Assembly: GCA_008632985.1 (NCBI GenBank)
Contig: QPGO01000002.1
Span: 372,001 to 436,000, forward strand
From: Psammoneis japonica
Taxonomy: Eukaryota
Reading direction: 5' to 3'
Length of the DNA: 64,000 nucleotides
Both the position numbers and the translations under genes were made by a program. The notes beneath the pieces are model-generated. The model had not been told where the DNA came from. It was given only the letters and a program-made list of their open reading frames with translations, and did no database searches. Of the stretch, positions 12,419 through 24,372 are shown in pieces. Positions within the stretch are counted from its first letter, which is position 1, and each line of letters opens with the position of its first letter.

Positions 12419-14049
12419 TTAAAACCCAAACATTGCCCAGGCATCCGGGTTCGAAAACGCCGCATAGTTGACTAGCAGCTCTTCTCCCTCTTGGATTTCT
12501 CGGAGCGCAAAGTAGTGTCCTGTACAGCCACCCGGCAAATCCTCCGCGGCTTCTGGAATACAACCAACATTGGCAACATCCCAACCTTGCTCTTGTGCCT
12601 CCTCTAGAGAATCGAAATCCTCCTCTGGATCACCGTGGTTCATGAGTGCTCCCTCGTCCAAATCCGTCGAAATGACCCACACATCCTTATTGTCATCGTC
12701 CTTGTCTTTGCCTGTTTTCTGTACATACGACCACGAAATCGTATCGCAAATGAGTTCGTTGGGAATGGCCATGAGAAACTTTTTATACAAGTCCACATTT
12801 GGGAATCGTGCCGTTTGGCTGTCTTTCCAGACCAAGGATCCTTTCGGAATGACTTGGGTGGAAAAGACGCCTCGTCCCTTCCCTTCACTTTGCAAAACAC
12901 GGACACCCACGGCATATCCACTCGCTTGCGACAAGGGTGAAGTCATAATGGAGGATTGGTCCGGTCCGACCGTCTCCACAAATGCCTTGCGCAAACTCAT
13001 CCAATCGTCCGTGTTCAGAATGGGCCGTTCCGTGGACAAGACCGTTTCGCAGTCATATTCACTTTTAAAGTCAGCCATGGTATAGTCCGCCCATTCCGGT
13101 TTACACGTTTCATCATTGTTACAAACGTCCGTAATGGGTTCCACAAATACCTTGGGAAGTTTCGCGGATCCATCCTTCTTCCAATGTCGTCCAGCACGCG
13201 ATAGCAAGTACTCCTCGTCGGCAGGAGGAAAGGGATCCGTATAGTCTCCAATAATAGCATTGACATTGTCCTTGTTGGTATCGGAAAGATAAATGGACAT
13301 GCCCATGCGCATCTTTCCCGGTTCATTGCGATAGTCGCATTCTCCCGTCCCGTGCATGGTACCGTCTCCCACCACGAGCGCCACGTCATACTCGTAATGA
13401 ACCTTGATTCCATCTCATCCTCCGTCACGACACCAAATTCCGGTACGGATCCTTCCACAAGTTCCAACGGAATCAATATATTAAAAGCCTTCCCATCCAC
13501 ATCCGTAAAGTCATTATGCATGAAGCCCTGTTCACAGTGTGTCACACCAATAAATCCGAGTGAATACACATCGAGTCCATCCAAATCAAAGAACCGTCCC
13601 AGGGCATCCAATACGACATCAAATCCACCCTGTCCTAAAAGAGATGCATACTTTTCATGTGATCGTTCATCATTGCACGAAAGCCAATGCATGTTGGATT
13701 TCCATTGAGTTCGGGACGTTGCAAATACCACGTAAAGCCGTCATTGAGTTGAATCTCCTTGCCTGTGCCCGGTTCGAGTTTGTTTGTGAAAGAGAGTCGT
13801 CCTATAGAGGTCTGTAATGCCCACTTCATCACAGTATTGTTGAATAGTGGTCGATAGAGACGGGGGGACACCAATCTGTACCGCATATGGATCAATGACG
13901 GTGCCGTTCTTAAAACGAATATGAGCAATCTCGCCGGGCTTGCGGGGGGCAGGCATAAAGTCTGCGTTTCGAACTTGTTCTTCTTTTGCCAGAACAGCAA
14001 CGTCTACGACGAGGAGTAAAGAGATGACATTCAAGAACAACATCATCAT
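12419..14049 (-). CDS. Signal-peptide protein with a putative oxygenase-like N-terminal domain and a C-terminal SET domain; three apparent frameshifts
   Basis: Hydrophobic N-terminus. The reading continues across frames near 13790, 13705 and 13405. Central H-x-D (MHNDF)...H (TMHGT). SET motifs SEGKGRGVF, LMNH and ALREIQEGEELLVNY. Confidence 0.65.
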
Positions 14050-14399
14050 GGTCGATATAGTTGAGTTATGGACTACTTTGATGATATTACTGACACCAAT
14101 GCGAACATACAGTACACTCTATCGCGGTGGGATAGATCTGCTGTTTTTGATTTGATTGAGAGGGTCACTTGTCTTTTCGCACGCAAGGATCGATAGATTG
14201 GTTGCCCGCCTTGGGGGATGTTCTCATTACTGTTTATATTATAGTTAAGAAAAGTAGCAAATGAAGATATAACCCACTGAAAGTTATGATGATTTATACA
14301 GTATATGAGTCTGTAGATCTAAATAAATGTGGATATGGATACACCACACCACATCACCACCGGCCCAATGCCGCCCCAAACAACCCACAACAACAAACA

Positions 14400-15884
14400 A
14401 TGAAGCGAAGGAGTGGTGCTACTCCCACAGCCATCTTGTTGGGCAATCATGAGAATGTGTCACCCAACAAGCAGTTACGTAAAAGTATAAAGTCATGGTT
14501 GAGAAGGAAAATCAGAGGAGGTCCATTCGTGATGATGATTTCGTTCTTGTTGCTCTTGATGATTTCCATACATATCCTCGGCAATCATGTTGTAGAGCCA
14601 CCAACCTTACAACAACAAGAAGAATCATCACCATTATTGCCCAGACGACTAGTACCCCGTGTCGTTGCCATCCAGGATGAGTATTATGGTAATGTCATTG
14701 CTTTGCCTCATCACGTGACAGCGGAGGACTTACTGAACGACGACTCCAACAACACTACAACGCACGAAACGCCTCCAGACGTTCCTCTTGATGATGAAGA
14801 AGAAGCAGATGATTGTGTCCCGATGCATGCGTGGCAAACATCGCAATTCCCATCGTGCAATATGATTCATGAAATGATATCATCACCACAGGAACTCCGA
14901 TATGTCAATCGAGGTTCACAAAGTATTGTATTCCAAGTCCCATCATCCTTAGAAGAAGACGGTTTAATTTTGAAATCTCAACGATACGACAAGGCCAATT
15001 ACACTCCCAAGGGGTATCGACAACGTCGACAGGATGCCGTCATTCAGGAACGTCTCACGGCATCACCCTATGTGGCGTCTATTTATGGATATTGTGCCAT
15101 GAGCGTGTTGAGTCCCTTGGCACCCGGTGGACTTAGTTTGTTTGATTTTATTGATTCAGTCCGCGGTGGAGGCCAACAAGTGTCATCGTTGGACAAGCTA
15201 CGGATTGGTGTGCAACTTTCCGAGGGTCTTGCGGCATTGCACGATATTGATCATGATGGCATACCGAGCTTTTCACACAATGATTTAGACATTTCGCAGC
15301 ATGTCTATTTGGATGGCATATTCCAACTCAATGACTTTAATTATGGTAGAATGTTGATGCACAATTCAACAACAACGGACAACAAGAATGAAACCTGTAA
15401 GGACAAGTCACGCATGAGTGGATGGAAATACAGAGCACCCGAAGACTTGGCATACATTTATCATACCCCCCAGGGAGGACCGTTTCTAATGGATAGGGCC
15501 GACGTGTTTAGTTTGGGTACCGAGTTGTACATGCTCCTTACCAACTTGTGGATATGGGAAGAGGAGACGAGAGAAAAAGCTGCCCACCGAATCATTGACG
15601 GAGAACGACCGCCACTACCCGAACATGTTGTTGAGAAGAGTCGTCACGATGAGGCAATTCATGCGTTGATTACAGCCATCAACATGTGTTGGATACAGGA
15701 TCCGGAAAAAAGGGCAACGGCCCGGGAGGTAGCAACGTTTTTAATGAAAGAGTTGCGCAGGTTGGAAAATGGGAAAACCGGTGATGGTGGTGATGATTCA
15801 AACAAGAAAGAAGGTGATGGAATAGTAAGGGTAAAAATGCCTCCTTTGGTTCCCGGACCCGATGATTACGATAAACTCATGTGA
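14400..15884 (+). CDS. Type II membrane protein kinase-like protein, paralogue of 5868-7349
   Basis: TM segment, CVPMHAWQ..CNMIHE, ERLTASPYV..IYGYC, HNDLD, LNDFN, YRAPED, DVFSLG. An upstream in-frame ATG at 14286 is an alternative start. Confidence 0.85.
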   Translation: MKRRSGATPTAILLGNHENVSPNKQLRKSIKSWLRRKIRGGPFVMMISFLLLLMISIHILGNHVVEPPTLQQQEESSPLLPRRLVPRVVAIQDEYYGNVIALPHHVTAEDLLNDDSNNTTTHETPPDVPLDDEEEADDCVPMHAWQTSQFPSCNMIHEMISSPQELRYVNRGSQSIVFQVPSSLEEDGLILKSQRYDKANYTPKGYRQRRQDAVIQERLTASPYVASIYGYCAMSVLSPLAPGGLSLFDFIDSVRGGGQQVSSLDKLRIGVQLSEGLAALHDIDHDGIPSFSHNDLDISQHVYLDGIFQLNDFNYGRMLMHNSTTTDNKNETCKDKSRMSGWKYRAPEDLAYIYHTPQGGPFLMDRADVFSLGTELYMLLTNLWIWEEETREKAAHRIIDGERPPLPEHVVEKSRHDEAIHALITAINMCWIQDPEKRATAREVATFLMKELRRLENGKTGDGGDDSNKKEGDGIVRVKMPPLVPGPDDYDKLM

Positions 15885-15904
15885 ATAGAATCACATTATT
15901 GTTT

Positions 15905-16867
15905 CTCTCTCTCTAGATTACTTTGGTGAGGTAATAGCGCATCACAAGTACTGTAGGGGAAGAAGAGCTTGGATGGACTCGCTCATGGAATATAAAAGCT
16001 AATTCGTATATGATGTTGGCGCGTTGCGCATATTGTTGCAGCTACTGTTTTTTGTTCAATTACTGTACAACGAAGTGTCGGTCGAGGACGCTCAAACCTC
16101 AAACTCCAATTCATCTAGGAGCTAGATTGAGCTCCTCCAAACCATGAGGCTAAGCCATATTCCTCTATCTAGACTACTTTGGTGAGGTAATAGCGCATCA
16201 AGTAGGGGATAGAAGAGCTTGGGTGGACTCGCTCATTGAATATATAAGCTAATTCGTGTATGATATTGGCATTGCACATATTGCTCACAAGTACTGTAGA
16301 GGGGAAGAAGAGCTTGGGTGGACTCGCTATAAAAGCGTAGGTCAAGGACGCTCAAAACTCCAATTCGTCTAAGAGCTAGAAAACCAAGAGGCGAAGCCAC
16401 ATTCCTCTCTATAGACTTCTTTGGTGAGGTAATGGCGCATCACAAGTACTGTAGGGGAGAAGAGTTTGGGTGGACTCGCTCATTGAATAGAAAAGCTAGC
16501 TACTGTTTTTTGTTCAATTACTGTATACAACGAAGCGTCGGTCAAGGACGCTCAAACCTCAAACTCCAATTCGTCTAAGAGCTAGATTGAGCACCTCCAA
16601 ACCAAGAGGCTAAGCCATATTATACCTCTCTCTAGATTACTTTGTGAGGTAACGGTGCATCACAAGTAGGGGAAGAAGAGCTTGGATGGACTCGCTCATT
16701 GAATATAAAAGCTAATTGGTGTACAGTATGATATTGGCATTGCGCATCTTGTTGCAGCTACTGTTTTTCGTTCAATTACTGTACAACGAAGTGTCGGTCA
16801 AGGACGTTCAAAACTCCAATTCATCTAAGAGCTAGATTGAGCACCTCCAAACCAAGAGGCTAAGCCA
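15905..16867. repeat. Four imperfect tandem copies of a unit of about 240 bp
   Basis: ctttggtgaggtaa..gaagagcttgg.tggactcgctc..aaactccaattc.tcta.gagctaga recurs four times. The last copy overlaps the stop of CDS 16825-17583. Confidence 0.9.
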
Positions 16868-17583
16868 CCGATTGAGTACTCAAACAGCTCATGCTGGCAT
16901 TTGATTAATGCCGAGCCTACATTACTCAACTCGGTTTTTGTTTTGGCCAGCTCTTCTTTGGTTTCAAACAAGTCTTTTTCGTACGTTTGACATTCGTAGT
17001 ACTTCTCAGCCAGTTCTTCCTCTTTCTCTTGTAATGCGTCTTTCAACTCATCAAGGACCACTTGCATCTTGTCGATCTGTTGCTGCTTCTCGTTTAGCTG
17101 TCGCATGTGATTGAGCTCGTTCGCCATGAGTTCCTCTTTGGTAAAGAGGAAGCTAGATATTTTCTCAACCTTGGGAGACTTGAAGGGAGAAGAAGAGGTG
17201 GGACACACCGACGACTCTTCCGACGCCATCTTTGGAGTTGAAACCGTGGGCTCGCCGCAGATATCGTCTTCCGAGTCGTCTTGAATTAACGGTTCGACTT
17301 GTACAGCGTTTGTGTCCTCATGAACGTGGCTTCCGTTCTCGCCTGCAGCAGTCAGGGTCGGGGAGTTTGAGGCAGTAGTCCTTTTGGGAGAGTCTCCGGA
17401 AAAGGAAGGCGATGATTCTAACTCGCTATCTTGACTCAATGTCATGGTCAAGGCAGGCTCGATGGAAGGCACATCTGTTTTGTTTTTGCCACGAAAGACG
17501 GATCCCTTGCTCCTTCTCTTCTTTGATTTGGATCCGCCTTCTCTCTTGGAGCGCCTCAAACGGAGGTTTACAAGCAAAGCCAT
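16825..17583 (-). CDS. Hypothetical protein with C-terminal coiled coil (252 aa)
   Basis: Clean ORF. Basic N-terminus, Ser-rich linker, E/K/Q heptad region. Confidence 0.75.
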   Translation of the reverse strand: MALLVNLRLRRSKREGGSKSKKRRSKGSVFRGKNKTDVPSIEPALTMTLSQDSELESSPSFSGDSPKRTTASNSPTLTAAGENGSHVHEDTNAVQVEPLIQDDSEDDICGEPTVSTPKMASEESSVCPTSSSPFKSPKVEKISSFLFTKEELMANELNHMRQLNEKQQQIDKMQVVLDELKDALQEKEEELAEKYYECQTYEKDLFETKEELAKTKTELSNVGSALIKCQHELFEYSIGGLASWFGGAQSSS

Positions 17584-17996
17584 GATGATCGGAGGTACCG
17601 TATGATTTTATGAGAGTCGCAGAAGTGTTGAGAGAGTGAGGAGTCGCGTTTGACTTTTTTTTTTTTTACCGAGCATCGCAGAAAATGTGAGCGGACGCCA
17701 TCTCGCCATCACACATACAAACGGCAGCTCTCATTTTATGCATGTTTTAATATCATATATATTACTGTTTTAGCTTCAGTTTCGTGACTAGATATCAATC
17801 ATAAAAATTTGATTTTCAACGGAAAGTGTCAGTTCGTGCATCATCACAAATCATTAGATTCATCAAACTGCATGCGGCGCCTCGCGTGCTGTCGGCAAAA
17901 GATCAGCAATCATAAGGACTTGGAAAGAGCGCAACTTACGAACATATTCATAGGCATCGTTGCAAGCTTTACCACTAGGCATACAAATCACTCTCC

Positions 17997-18989
17997 ATGT
18001 CCATCCCCGCGATTGATTTGAGTCCCTTTTTTCGGGATGAAGGCATCGTTCTTGGCGATGTGTCTCCTCCACAAAAGATCAGCTGGAAGTTGCCTCAAAG
18101 ATAAATCAAGCTTGTCGAGATCATGGGTTTGTCCGAGTAGAAAACTATGGAATGACTCCTGAATTACGCGCCAAGCTCTTTCAGGCATCCTCTGAACTCT
18201 TTGCACTGGAGAAGAACACAAAAAAAGCAAGCTCCGTCGCATTGAACCTGCTACAAATATGGGATACTCTCCGTATCAATCCGAAAGCCTTAACCCGTCA
18301 CGCCCTGCTGAGCTTAAAGAGGCGTTCAATTTGAGGTTTCCTCCCAATCACCAGAATGATTTCTCGAATTGTCCACAAGGCTTTGCGGAAGTCTCCAACC
18401 AGATTCAAGAAGTGCTCAAAGTCGCAGCTCGTCGATACGCCTTGGCTTGTGCGCTTGCCTTGGGCTTGCCTCGTGATATCTTTGTCAAGACGCTTGATAA
18501 AATGGACTTGTGTACATTCGACTTCTACATTACCCACCGTGTGAATTTGACGAGTCTTGTGAGGCGATTCGTATCGGAGAACATACCGACTTTGGCGCTT
18601 ACACTTTTCTGTTAGTGGGAGACTCTGGCGCCGACGGCTTGCAGCTCAATCTGTAGAAGGAGGTGAAGTCACTGGAACCAGCTCTGCTGGTTGGCTGGAC
18701 GTGGAGTACCACCGCACTCTACTCTGTCAATACGGGCGCTTTAATGGCTCGATGGACCAATGATGAGTGGAATGCAACCGCTCATCGTGTGATTGTATCA
18801 AGCGAGGAAATGGCGAGCCGCGACCGGTATTCGATTGCTTTTTTTGTCGATCCAGACCATGATGCGATTGTGGAAGTTCACGATAACTTTCTTGCCAATG
18901 GCAAAGAGAAAAAGTACGAGCCAACCACCGGAGCTGCGTACTTGAAAATGAAGCTGGAAGCCATGATGAAGCGAAGAAACGAGTCGTGA
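17997..18989 (+). pseudogene. 2OG-Fe(II) oxygenase (isopenicillin N synthase-like), multiple frameshifts (pseudogene or assembly errors)
   Basis: Pieces in different frames: MSIPAIDLSPF, ACRDHGF, GYSPYQSESLN..LKEAFN, LLHYPP, IGEHTDFGAYTFL, VNTGALMARWTND..ATAHRV, RYSIAFFVDPD. Confidence 0.8.
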
Positions 18990-19410
18990 TGGCGGAGGAA
19001 AGACAAATTGTCTGTTTCTGTGTGTTTGTTTATTACCTCTGTGTTAATGGTTCTCGATGTTTGTTCCTCACGGTTTCATATTTCAATTTCATGATGCAAA
19101 ATTGGTTTACATTGTGTGACAAAATAGTAGTACTATGATACAAGATTTCATTTTGCTTTAGGAGGTAGATTATTCCAGCGACGCTAGACCAGAACGTTAC
19201 GGATCAGGCTAGAAAGGTTTCTACAGTAGCTTTCGTGCTCTATAGAGAAAGAAGCGTGAGCGTGATGCAGCATCCCATGCAAGTATGGCCTCTCAAGAGC
19301 CATTCGGATAAGCTGAAAAGCGAAAACACGGTAAGTCCCAAGAAGCTAAATGTCATTATGTATGAACCGGTGGCACACCAATGGTAACCGAAAATGAATA
19401 AGACAACAAT

Positions 19411-20055
19411 TTAATCCTCTGGTTTCCTCGACGCCTCAAATGATGCTATTCGTTGTGCTTGTTTCCTTACTTGGAGCTGTTGTAATTTGAACTCTGTACA
19501 CGACATCCCATCAAAAGCAATCGTTGCATCGTTCTTCTCTGGCTCGACCTTGGTAAGCTCCTCTTCAGCAAAATAATGGACAAATGAATCTTTATTATCG
19601 CCAGCAAACGATACATGTACCGCCATGCCGGGATCCACCTGCTCGGCACAACAACAGGTTGGATCCACGTCACATTTCTCCCATGTTTCCACGACTGTGC
19701 CTTTACGTCCTTTGAGATTTGTTCCAGCCTTTTGTACATTTTCAATCACTTGTACAGTGTCTCCCACCTGAAACCAATATGCCTCTGATCGATCTCGCAT
19801 CGTCACAAGCCTCGATGCGGACGGAACTCTCTTCTTATTATTTTGAGTAGCAACTTTATAATTTCTGCAAGGTACTAGTGGCCCTTGAAGCTTCTGCTGA
19901 GCTCTTGTTCTTGCAACAAAAGAGAATCCCTCACTTGTCACTGCAAAATGCAGGACGAAAGATACGAGCGCCCAACAGCGATACACTTTCGTTGAAGACA
20001 AGTCACCTTTCATTTTATTTCGTGGAAGATTGATTGATTTAGCGGTGAATGGCAT
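19411..20055 (-). CDS. Probable plastid-targeted small protein with a CDVDPTCCC motif (weak resemblance to the ferredoxin-thioredoxin reductase variable chain)
   Basis: Signal peptide ending ..SEG|F followed by a basic transit-like stretch. Core FQVGDTVQV..LKGRKGTVV..HYFAEEEL. Confidence 0.6.
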   Translation of the reverse strand: MPFTAKSINLPRNKMKGDLSSTKVYRCWALVSFVLHFAVTSEGFSFVARTRAQQKLQGPLVPCRNYKVATQNNKKRVPSASRLVTMRDRSEAYWFQVGDTVQVIENVQKAGTNLKGRKGTVVETWEKCDVDPTCCCAEQVDPGMAVHVSFAGDNKDSFVHYFAEEELTKVEPEKNDATIAFDGMSCTEFKLQQLQVRKQAQRIASFEASRKPED

Positions 20056-20901
20056 ATAGCATGCAGCTAATCTCTCCAGAGAGAATTTGTGATTGTACTA
20101 CTTCCTGTCTACATCAAACCAAAACGATAGCGTGATGCGTGATGCCTGCGATGCCTGATGATGCCGCGAGGAGTGCGTGAGCAGGCGTTCACTACTCGGC
20201 GCTCATGCTTTTTAATTAAAGTGGCTCGAAATTTATGAACATTATACCTAAATGAATTCTGCTATTATTCTTCAACGGAAATAGAGAGTTAAACTCCCTA
20301 AGTAGTTGCTGTGTTGCACGACTCAATATGTCTAGTGCACACGTTTCTACATGACTGTGTACTAGCCATTGCATGCTGAAAGTTTTTCGAGAAAATGACA
20401 AACGTTGCGTTGATTGTTGAACCTATCCGATTCTTCTTTCGTGTGTGTTGCGTGAGTCTCGCCGAATATCTCTCACTTTCTATGATTCGTAGTGAACGAT
20501 ACCTTGAAAGTTTTTTTACGATGACCATGACAAGCATGGTAGCGCTCTTTATGAGAAACAAACACGTACAGGACCGGGGAGTCGCCCAACCCCATGTCCT
20601 CCTTGCCGATGGGCAAGGCTTTGTCTCGAATCAACGAGACGGAAAGGAGGTGAGTCGATCGTTCGACGTATTGAGTTTGAGTCGTGTGGTTTTGACGTAG
20701 TCTTGCTCGTGGCTCGGTTGTCGTTCGTTTGCTACGTCGTCTCGTGTCTTTGTGTCTTGTCACAGCGTTATTATATTTGTTTGTGCTATCCTTATCTCAC
20801 CGAATTGAATTGTTCTCATAACACATCATGACCAGGCTTTTGAAAGCTTCCGGGCAAAACTCACCACGCAGCACCTGCTGCGACATGTTGAGATTGATGG
20901 A

Positions 20902-23900
20902 TTGGATGGTGATATGGTGGAGCAACGAGTCCTTGACGAGATCCATGAACGTCAGCGAGAAGAAGAAGAGTCGGATCTCGAAGAACGATTTGATGGTCTC
21001 CGTGGATTGCAGATTCTCGAACCTGAGGATGAAGATGAAGAGGGAGCAGTCCACACTCGGACTCTTGGCGACGACGAAGAGGCTGGACCAAAAGTGTGGC
21101 TTGAGCAAGATAGAAACGACAAAGCACCCGTGAATGGACGATTTCTGCTTTCGGTATTTTGTGGTTTCATTCTATTCGGTCTGCTGGGCTTTTGCAGCCA
21201 GTGCTCTTCCTTTTCTTCTTCCGGTTTGACGGGTGTTTTTACTGGCTCCTTGATTCCTGTTTCCGGCTCCACGGCTGTTGCGGTGCGACCTATTGGTGAA
21301 TTGGCGGTTGTACCATCAACACCTTTGGCTGTTGTGCCATCCGAGTCCATCATGACTGCTCCATCCAAGGCTTTGGTGATCATCCATTCAAAGGCACTAG
21401 CTCTAACCATTCCTGATTTTTGCAAGGCCTTGGCGATTCGCGTTTCTCTTTGGAAGTATTCGAAATCGAAAGCCCTGGCGATCATTTCAAGTATGGATCT
21501 TTCAACCTTGGAGGACGCCGTTACTCGTGTTCCAATTTGGACGAGAGTTGCATCTGATGCTGTGGCAATTCTCACTCCTACCCGAGAGACTGCAATATCG
21601 ATAGCCTCTTCATTCATTTGTGTGACTCTGGCATGGATGCTTGCTGCAGTTGGGCTTGCCTTGATTCAAGCGATGATCGATGAGTACAGAGACAGCAAGG
21701 ACGAACCTGAACCGATTACGAAGTGGCAGTTAGTCTTGTCTTTTCTTGTTCTCTTTGCAATCTGCGTCTTGATGTTGGGCTTTTGGAACATGTACCGTTT
21801 GCCTCAAACGATGAACGAGTCTTCCTTCCAACTGCCTTCATATTCCGGATCGACGGCTTTGGCGATTCGCCCTCTTGGTGCATTGATGGTTGCCCCATCC
21901 AAGGCCTTGGCGATCATTCCTTCCAAGGCGTTGGCGTTGGTTATTCCGGACTCTGGCAAGGCAATGGTGACTCAAGTTTCAATTTGGAGTCATAAGGCGG
22001 CTGCGTCTGTGTCGGATGTCGTAGTATCTCATGTTGCGAGTCGGGAACTCGTACTATCTGCGGCATCTTCATTCGAGGTGCTTCCTCTGACATGGGCATT
22101 TGCGATTGCTCTTGCCTTGATAATTGTTGGAGTTGTTTGGAGTCGAAGCATTCCGTGCGATACTGACGGAGTTGCTCGACGTGCTCTTCACGACGGGGAT
22201 GAGGAGGCGAGGATCAAAGATGCAACTAAAGACAACGAAATCCAAGTCAAAGCGCAACTTTTGCTTCGGTTGACTTCCTTGTTCTTTGTTTTTGGTTTGT
22301 TGGCATTTTCTATGTGGTGCTATGCATCTTCTACCGCACCGCTGAGATACTTTACTGGATCCTTGATCCCAACGTTCGGCTCGACGGCTGTTGTGGTACG
22401 ACCTATTGGTGAATTGGCGCTTGTACCATGTGAAGTCACGATGATGGTTCCTTCCAAGGCTTTGGCGGTCATTCTTTCAAAGGCGATCGCTCCCCTCACC
22501 CCGGATTCTCGTAAGACCTCGGTAATTCACGTCCCGCTTTGCAAGTATTCGGCATCGAAATCCCTGACGATCATTTCAAGTACGGAAATTTCAACATTGG
22601 ACGCATTTACGACTCGCGTTCCAATTTGGACGAGAGTTGCATCTGATGCCGTGGCGATTCATGTTCCAAGTCGAGAGACTGCAATATCGACGACTTCTTC
22701 ATTCATCTTTTTGCCTCTGGTATGGATGCTTGCTGCAGTTGGGCTTGCCTTATTTCAAGTGATGATCGAAGAGTACAGAGACAGCAAGGGCGAACCTGAA
22801 CCGATAACGAAGTGGCGACCCCTCTTTTCCTTTCTTGTTCTCTTTGCAATCTGCGTCTTGATGTTGGGCTTTTGGCTCATGCACCATTTGCCTCAAACGA
22901 TGAACGAGTCCTCCTTCCAACTGCCTTCATATTCCGGATCGACGGCTTTGGCGATTCGCCCTCTTGGTGCATTGATGGTTGCCCCATCCAAGGCCTTGGC
23001 GATCATTCCTTCCAAGGCGTTGGCGTTGGTTATTCCGGACTCTGGCAAGGCAATGGTGACTCAAGTTTCAATTTGGAGTCATAAGGCGGCTGCGTCTGTG
23101 TCGGATGTCGTAATAACTCATGTTGCAAGTCGGGAACTCGTACTATCCGCGGAATCTTCATTCGAGGTGCTTCCTCTGACATGGGCACTTGTGATTACTC
23201 TTGCGTTGACTGTTGTCGGATTTGTTTGGAATCGAACTATGCCCAGCGACACCGAAGCAGTGGTTCAACTTGGTCTTCACGACGGGGACGGGGACGCGCA
23301 GGTCTGGATCAATAATGCAAACAAAGACAAAGGAATCCCACTCCAAGCACGACTTTTGCTCTTGCTGCTTTGTCTTTTTTGTTTTGTTGCTTCGTCGGGC
23401 CTCCTCATCTGGTACCATTCCTCTTCTCCCGTACTGATGAGTGCTTCGGGCGGCTTGCTACCATCTTATTCTGGATCGACGTCATTGACGATTCGTCCCA
23501 TTGGGGAATTGATGATTGCGCCATCAAAATCTTTGGTGATTGTACCATCCAAAGCCGTAGTGGTTGCGCCTTCCGAAGCATTAGTGCCGGCCATTCGGGA
23601 TGGTTGTATGGCCTTGGCAATACGTGCCCCGCTTTGGAAGCCAGCGTTGTCGAAGGCCTTGGTGATCATGCCAAGTCAGGACCTTTCAGTGTTGGAGGCT
23701 GTCATGAGTCGTGTTCCAATTCGGAAGTCCATTGCATCGAATGATGCCGTGCTTCAGAATCTGAGTCGGTGTCTTGTGTTGTCGATGATCATTCCATTTA
23801 ATCTGATGGGCTCGATTTGGCTGCTTTTGATGGGGCTTCTTTGGATTATAGTTCAGAACTGCATCTCTCCTTACGATGATGACGATGAACCTTTTCCAAA

Positions 23901-24267
23901 TCCTCGCTTTCGCAGCCATGAAGCTTTTCATCAGCCTGGCCTGATTCCACCACCTCCTATACCTCCGAATCCTCCAATTCAGCCTGAAGTTCCGGTCCCT
24001 GCCGTGCTTCAAGATGTTGATATCCCTCCACCGCAAGAGGCTCAGATTCCTCCTCAACAGCCAGTCCCACCCCTTGATGACATGGAGAACCTTCCAGTAC
24101 AAGACGAACCAGTCCCTCCGATTCCACCTCATGATCCATGTCAAGCCCCCAAAGCTGAACGACGAGTACTACGACGTTCTGCACGTCTTGGGAATGCTGT
24201 AGGTAGCGTTTGCCTCTATTCCGAGAGTGGCAACGTGCTTCGCCGATCCGCGAGACTGGCCCGCTGA
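20902..24267 (+). CDS. Uncharacterised 1121-aa multi-pass membrane protein built from internal repeats
   Basis: Uninterrupted 3.4-kb ORF. Internal duplication with a 1089-bp period (ccaatttggacgagagttgcatctgatgc at 21532 and 22621). Five GSTA..RP.G.L...PSKAL modules separated by hydrophobic segments, and a Pro-rich tail. Confidence 0.6.
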   Translation: MDGDMVEQRVLDEIHERQREEEESDLEERFDGLRGLQILEPEDEDEEGAVHTRTLGDDEEAGPKVWLEQDRNDKAPVNGRFLLSVFCGFILFGLLGFCSQCSSFSSSGLTGVFTGSLIPVSGSTAVAVRPIGELAVVPSTPLAVVPSESIMTAPSKALVIIHSKALALTIPDFCKALAIRVSLWKYSKSKALAIISSMDLSTLEDAVTRVPIWTRVASDAVAILTPTRETAISIASSFICVTLAWMLAAVGLALIQAMIDEYRDSKDEPEPITKWQLVLSFLVLFAICVLMLGFWNMYRLPQTMNESSFQLPSYSGSTALAIRPLGALMVAPSKALAIIPSKALALVIPDSGKAMVTQVSIWSHKAAASVSDVVVSHVASRELVLSAASSFEVLPLTWAFAIALALIIVGVVWSRSIPCDTDGVARRALHDGDEEARIKDATKDNEIQVKAQLLLRLTSLFFVFGLLAFSMWCYASSTAPLRYFTGSLIPTFGSTAVVVRPIGELALVPCEVTMMVPSKALAVILSKAIAPLTPDSRKTSVIHVPLCKYSASKSLTIISSTEISTLDAFTTRVPIWTRVASDAVAIHVPSRETAISTTSSFIFLPLVWMLAAVGLALFQVMIEEYRDSKGEPEPITKWRPLFSFLVLFAICVLMLGFWLMHHLPQTMNESSFQLPSYSGSTALAIRPLGALMVAPSKALAIIPSKALALVIPDSGKAMVTQVSIWSHKAAASVSDVVITHVASRELVLSAESSFEVLPLTWALVITLALTVVGFVWNRTMPSDTEAVVQLGLHDGDGDAQVWINNANKDKGIPLQARLLLLLLCLFCFVASSGLLIWYHSSSPVLMSASGGLLPSYSGSTSLTIRPIGELMIAPSKSLVIVPSKAVVVAPSEALVPAIRDGCMALAIRAPLWKPALSKALVIMPSQDLSVLEAVMSRVPIRKSIASNDAVLQNLSRCLVLSMIIPFNLMGSIWLLLMGLLWIIVQNCISPYDDDDEPFPNPRFRSHEAFHQPGLIPPPPIPPNPPIQPEVPVPAVLQDVDIPPPQEAQIPPQQPVPPLDDMENLPVQDEPVPPIPPHDPCQAPKAERRVLRRSARLGNAVGSVCLYSESGNVLRRSARLAR

Positions 24268-24372
24268 GTATACTTCTGTATTCTCGTTCGTACTTGTGCA
24301 TTTCCTGTGTTTGCCTTACTTCGTTCTTTTCTGATAGAACTTGTGCCTGTGGGGATGTAGTGTACTGTGTCG

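Noticed and set aside
15905..16867. CRISPR-like array
   Set aside because: The whole unit of about 240 bp repeats with no unique spacers, and the context is eukaryotic.
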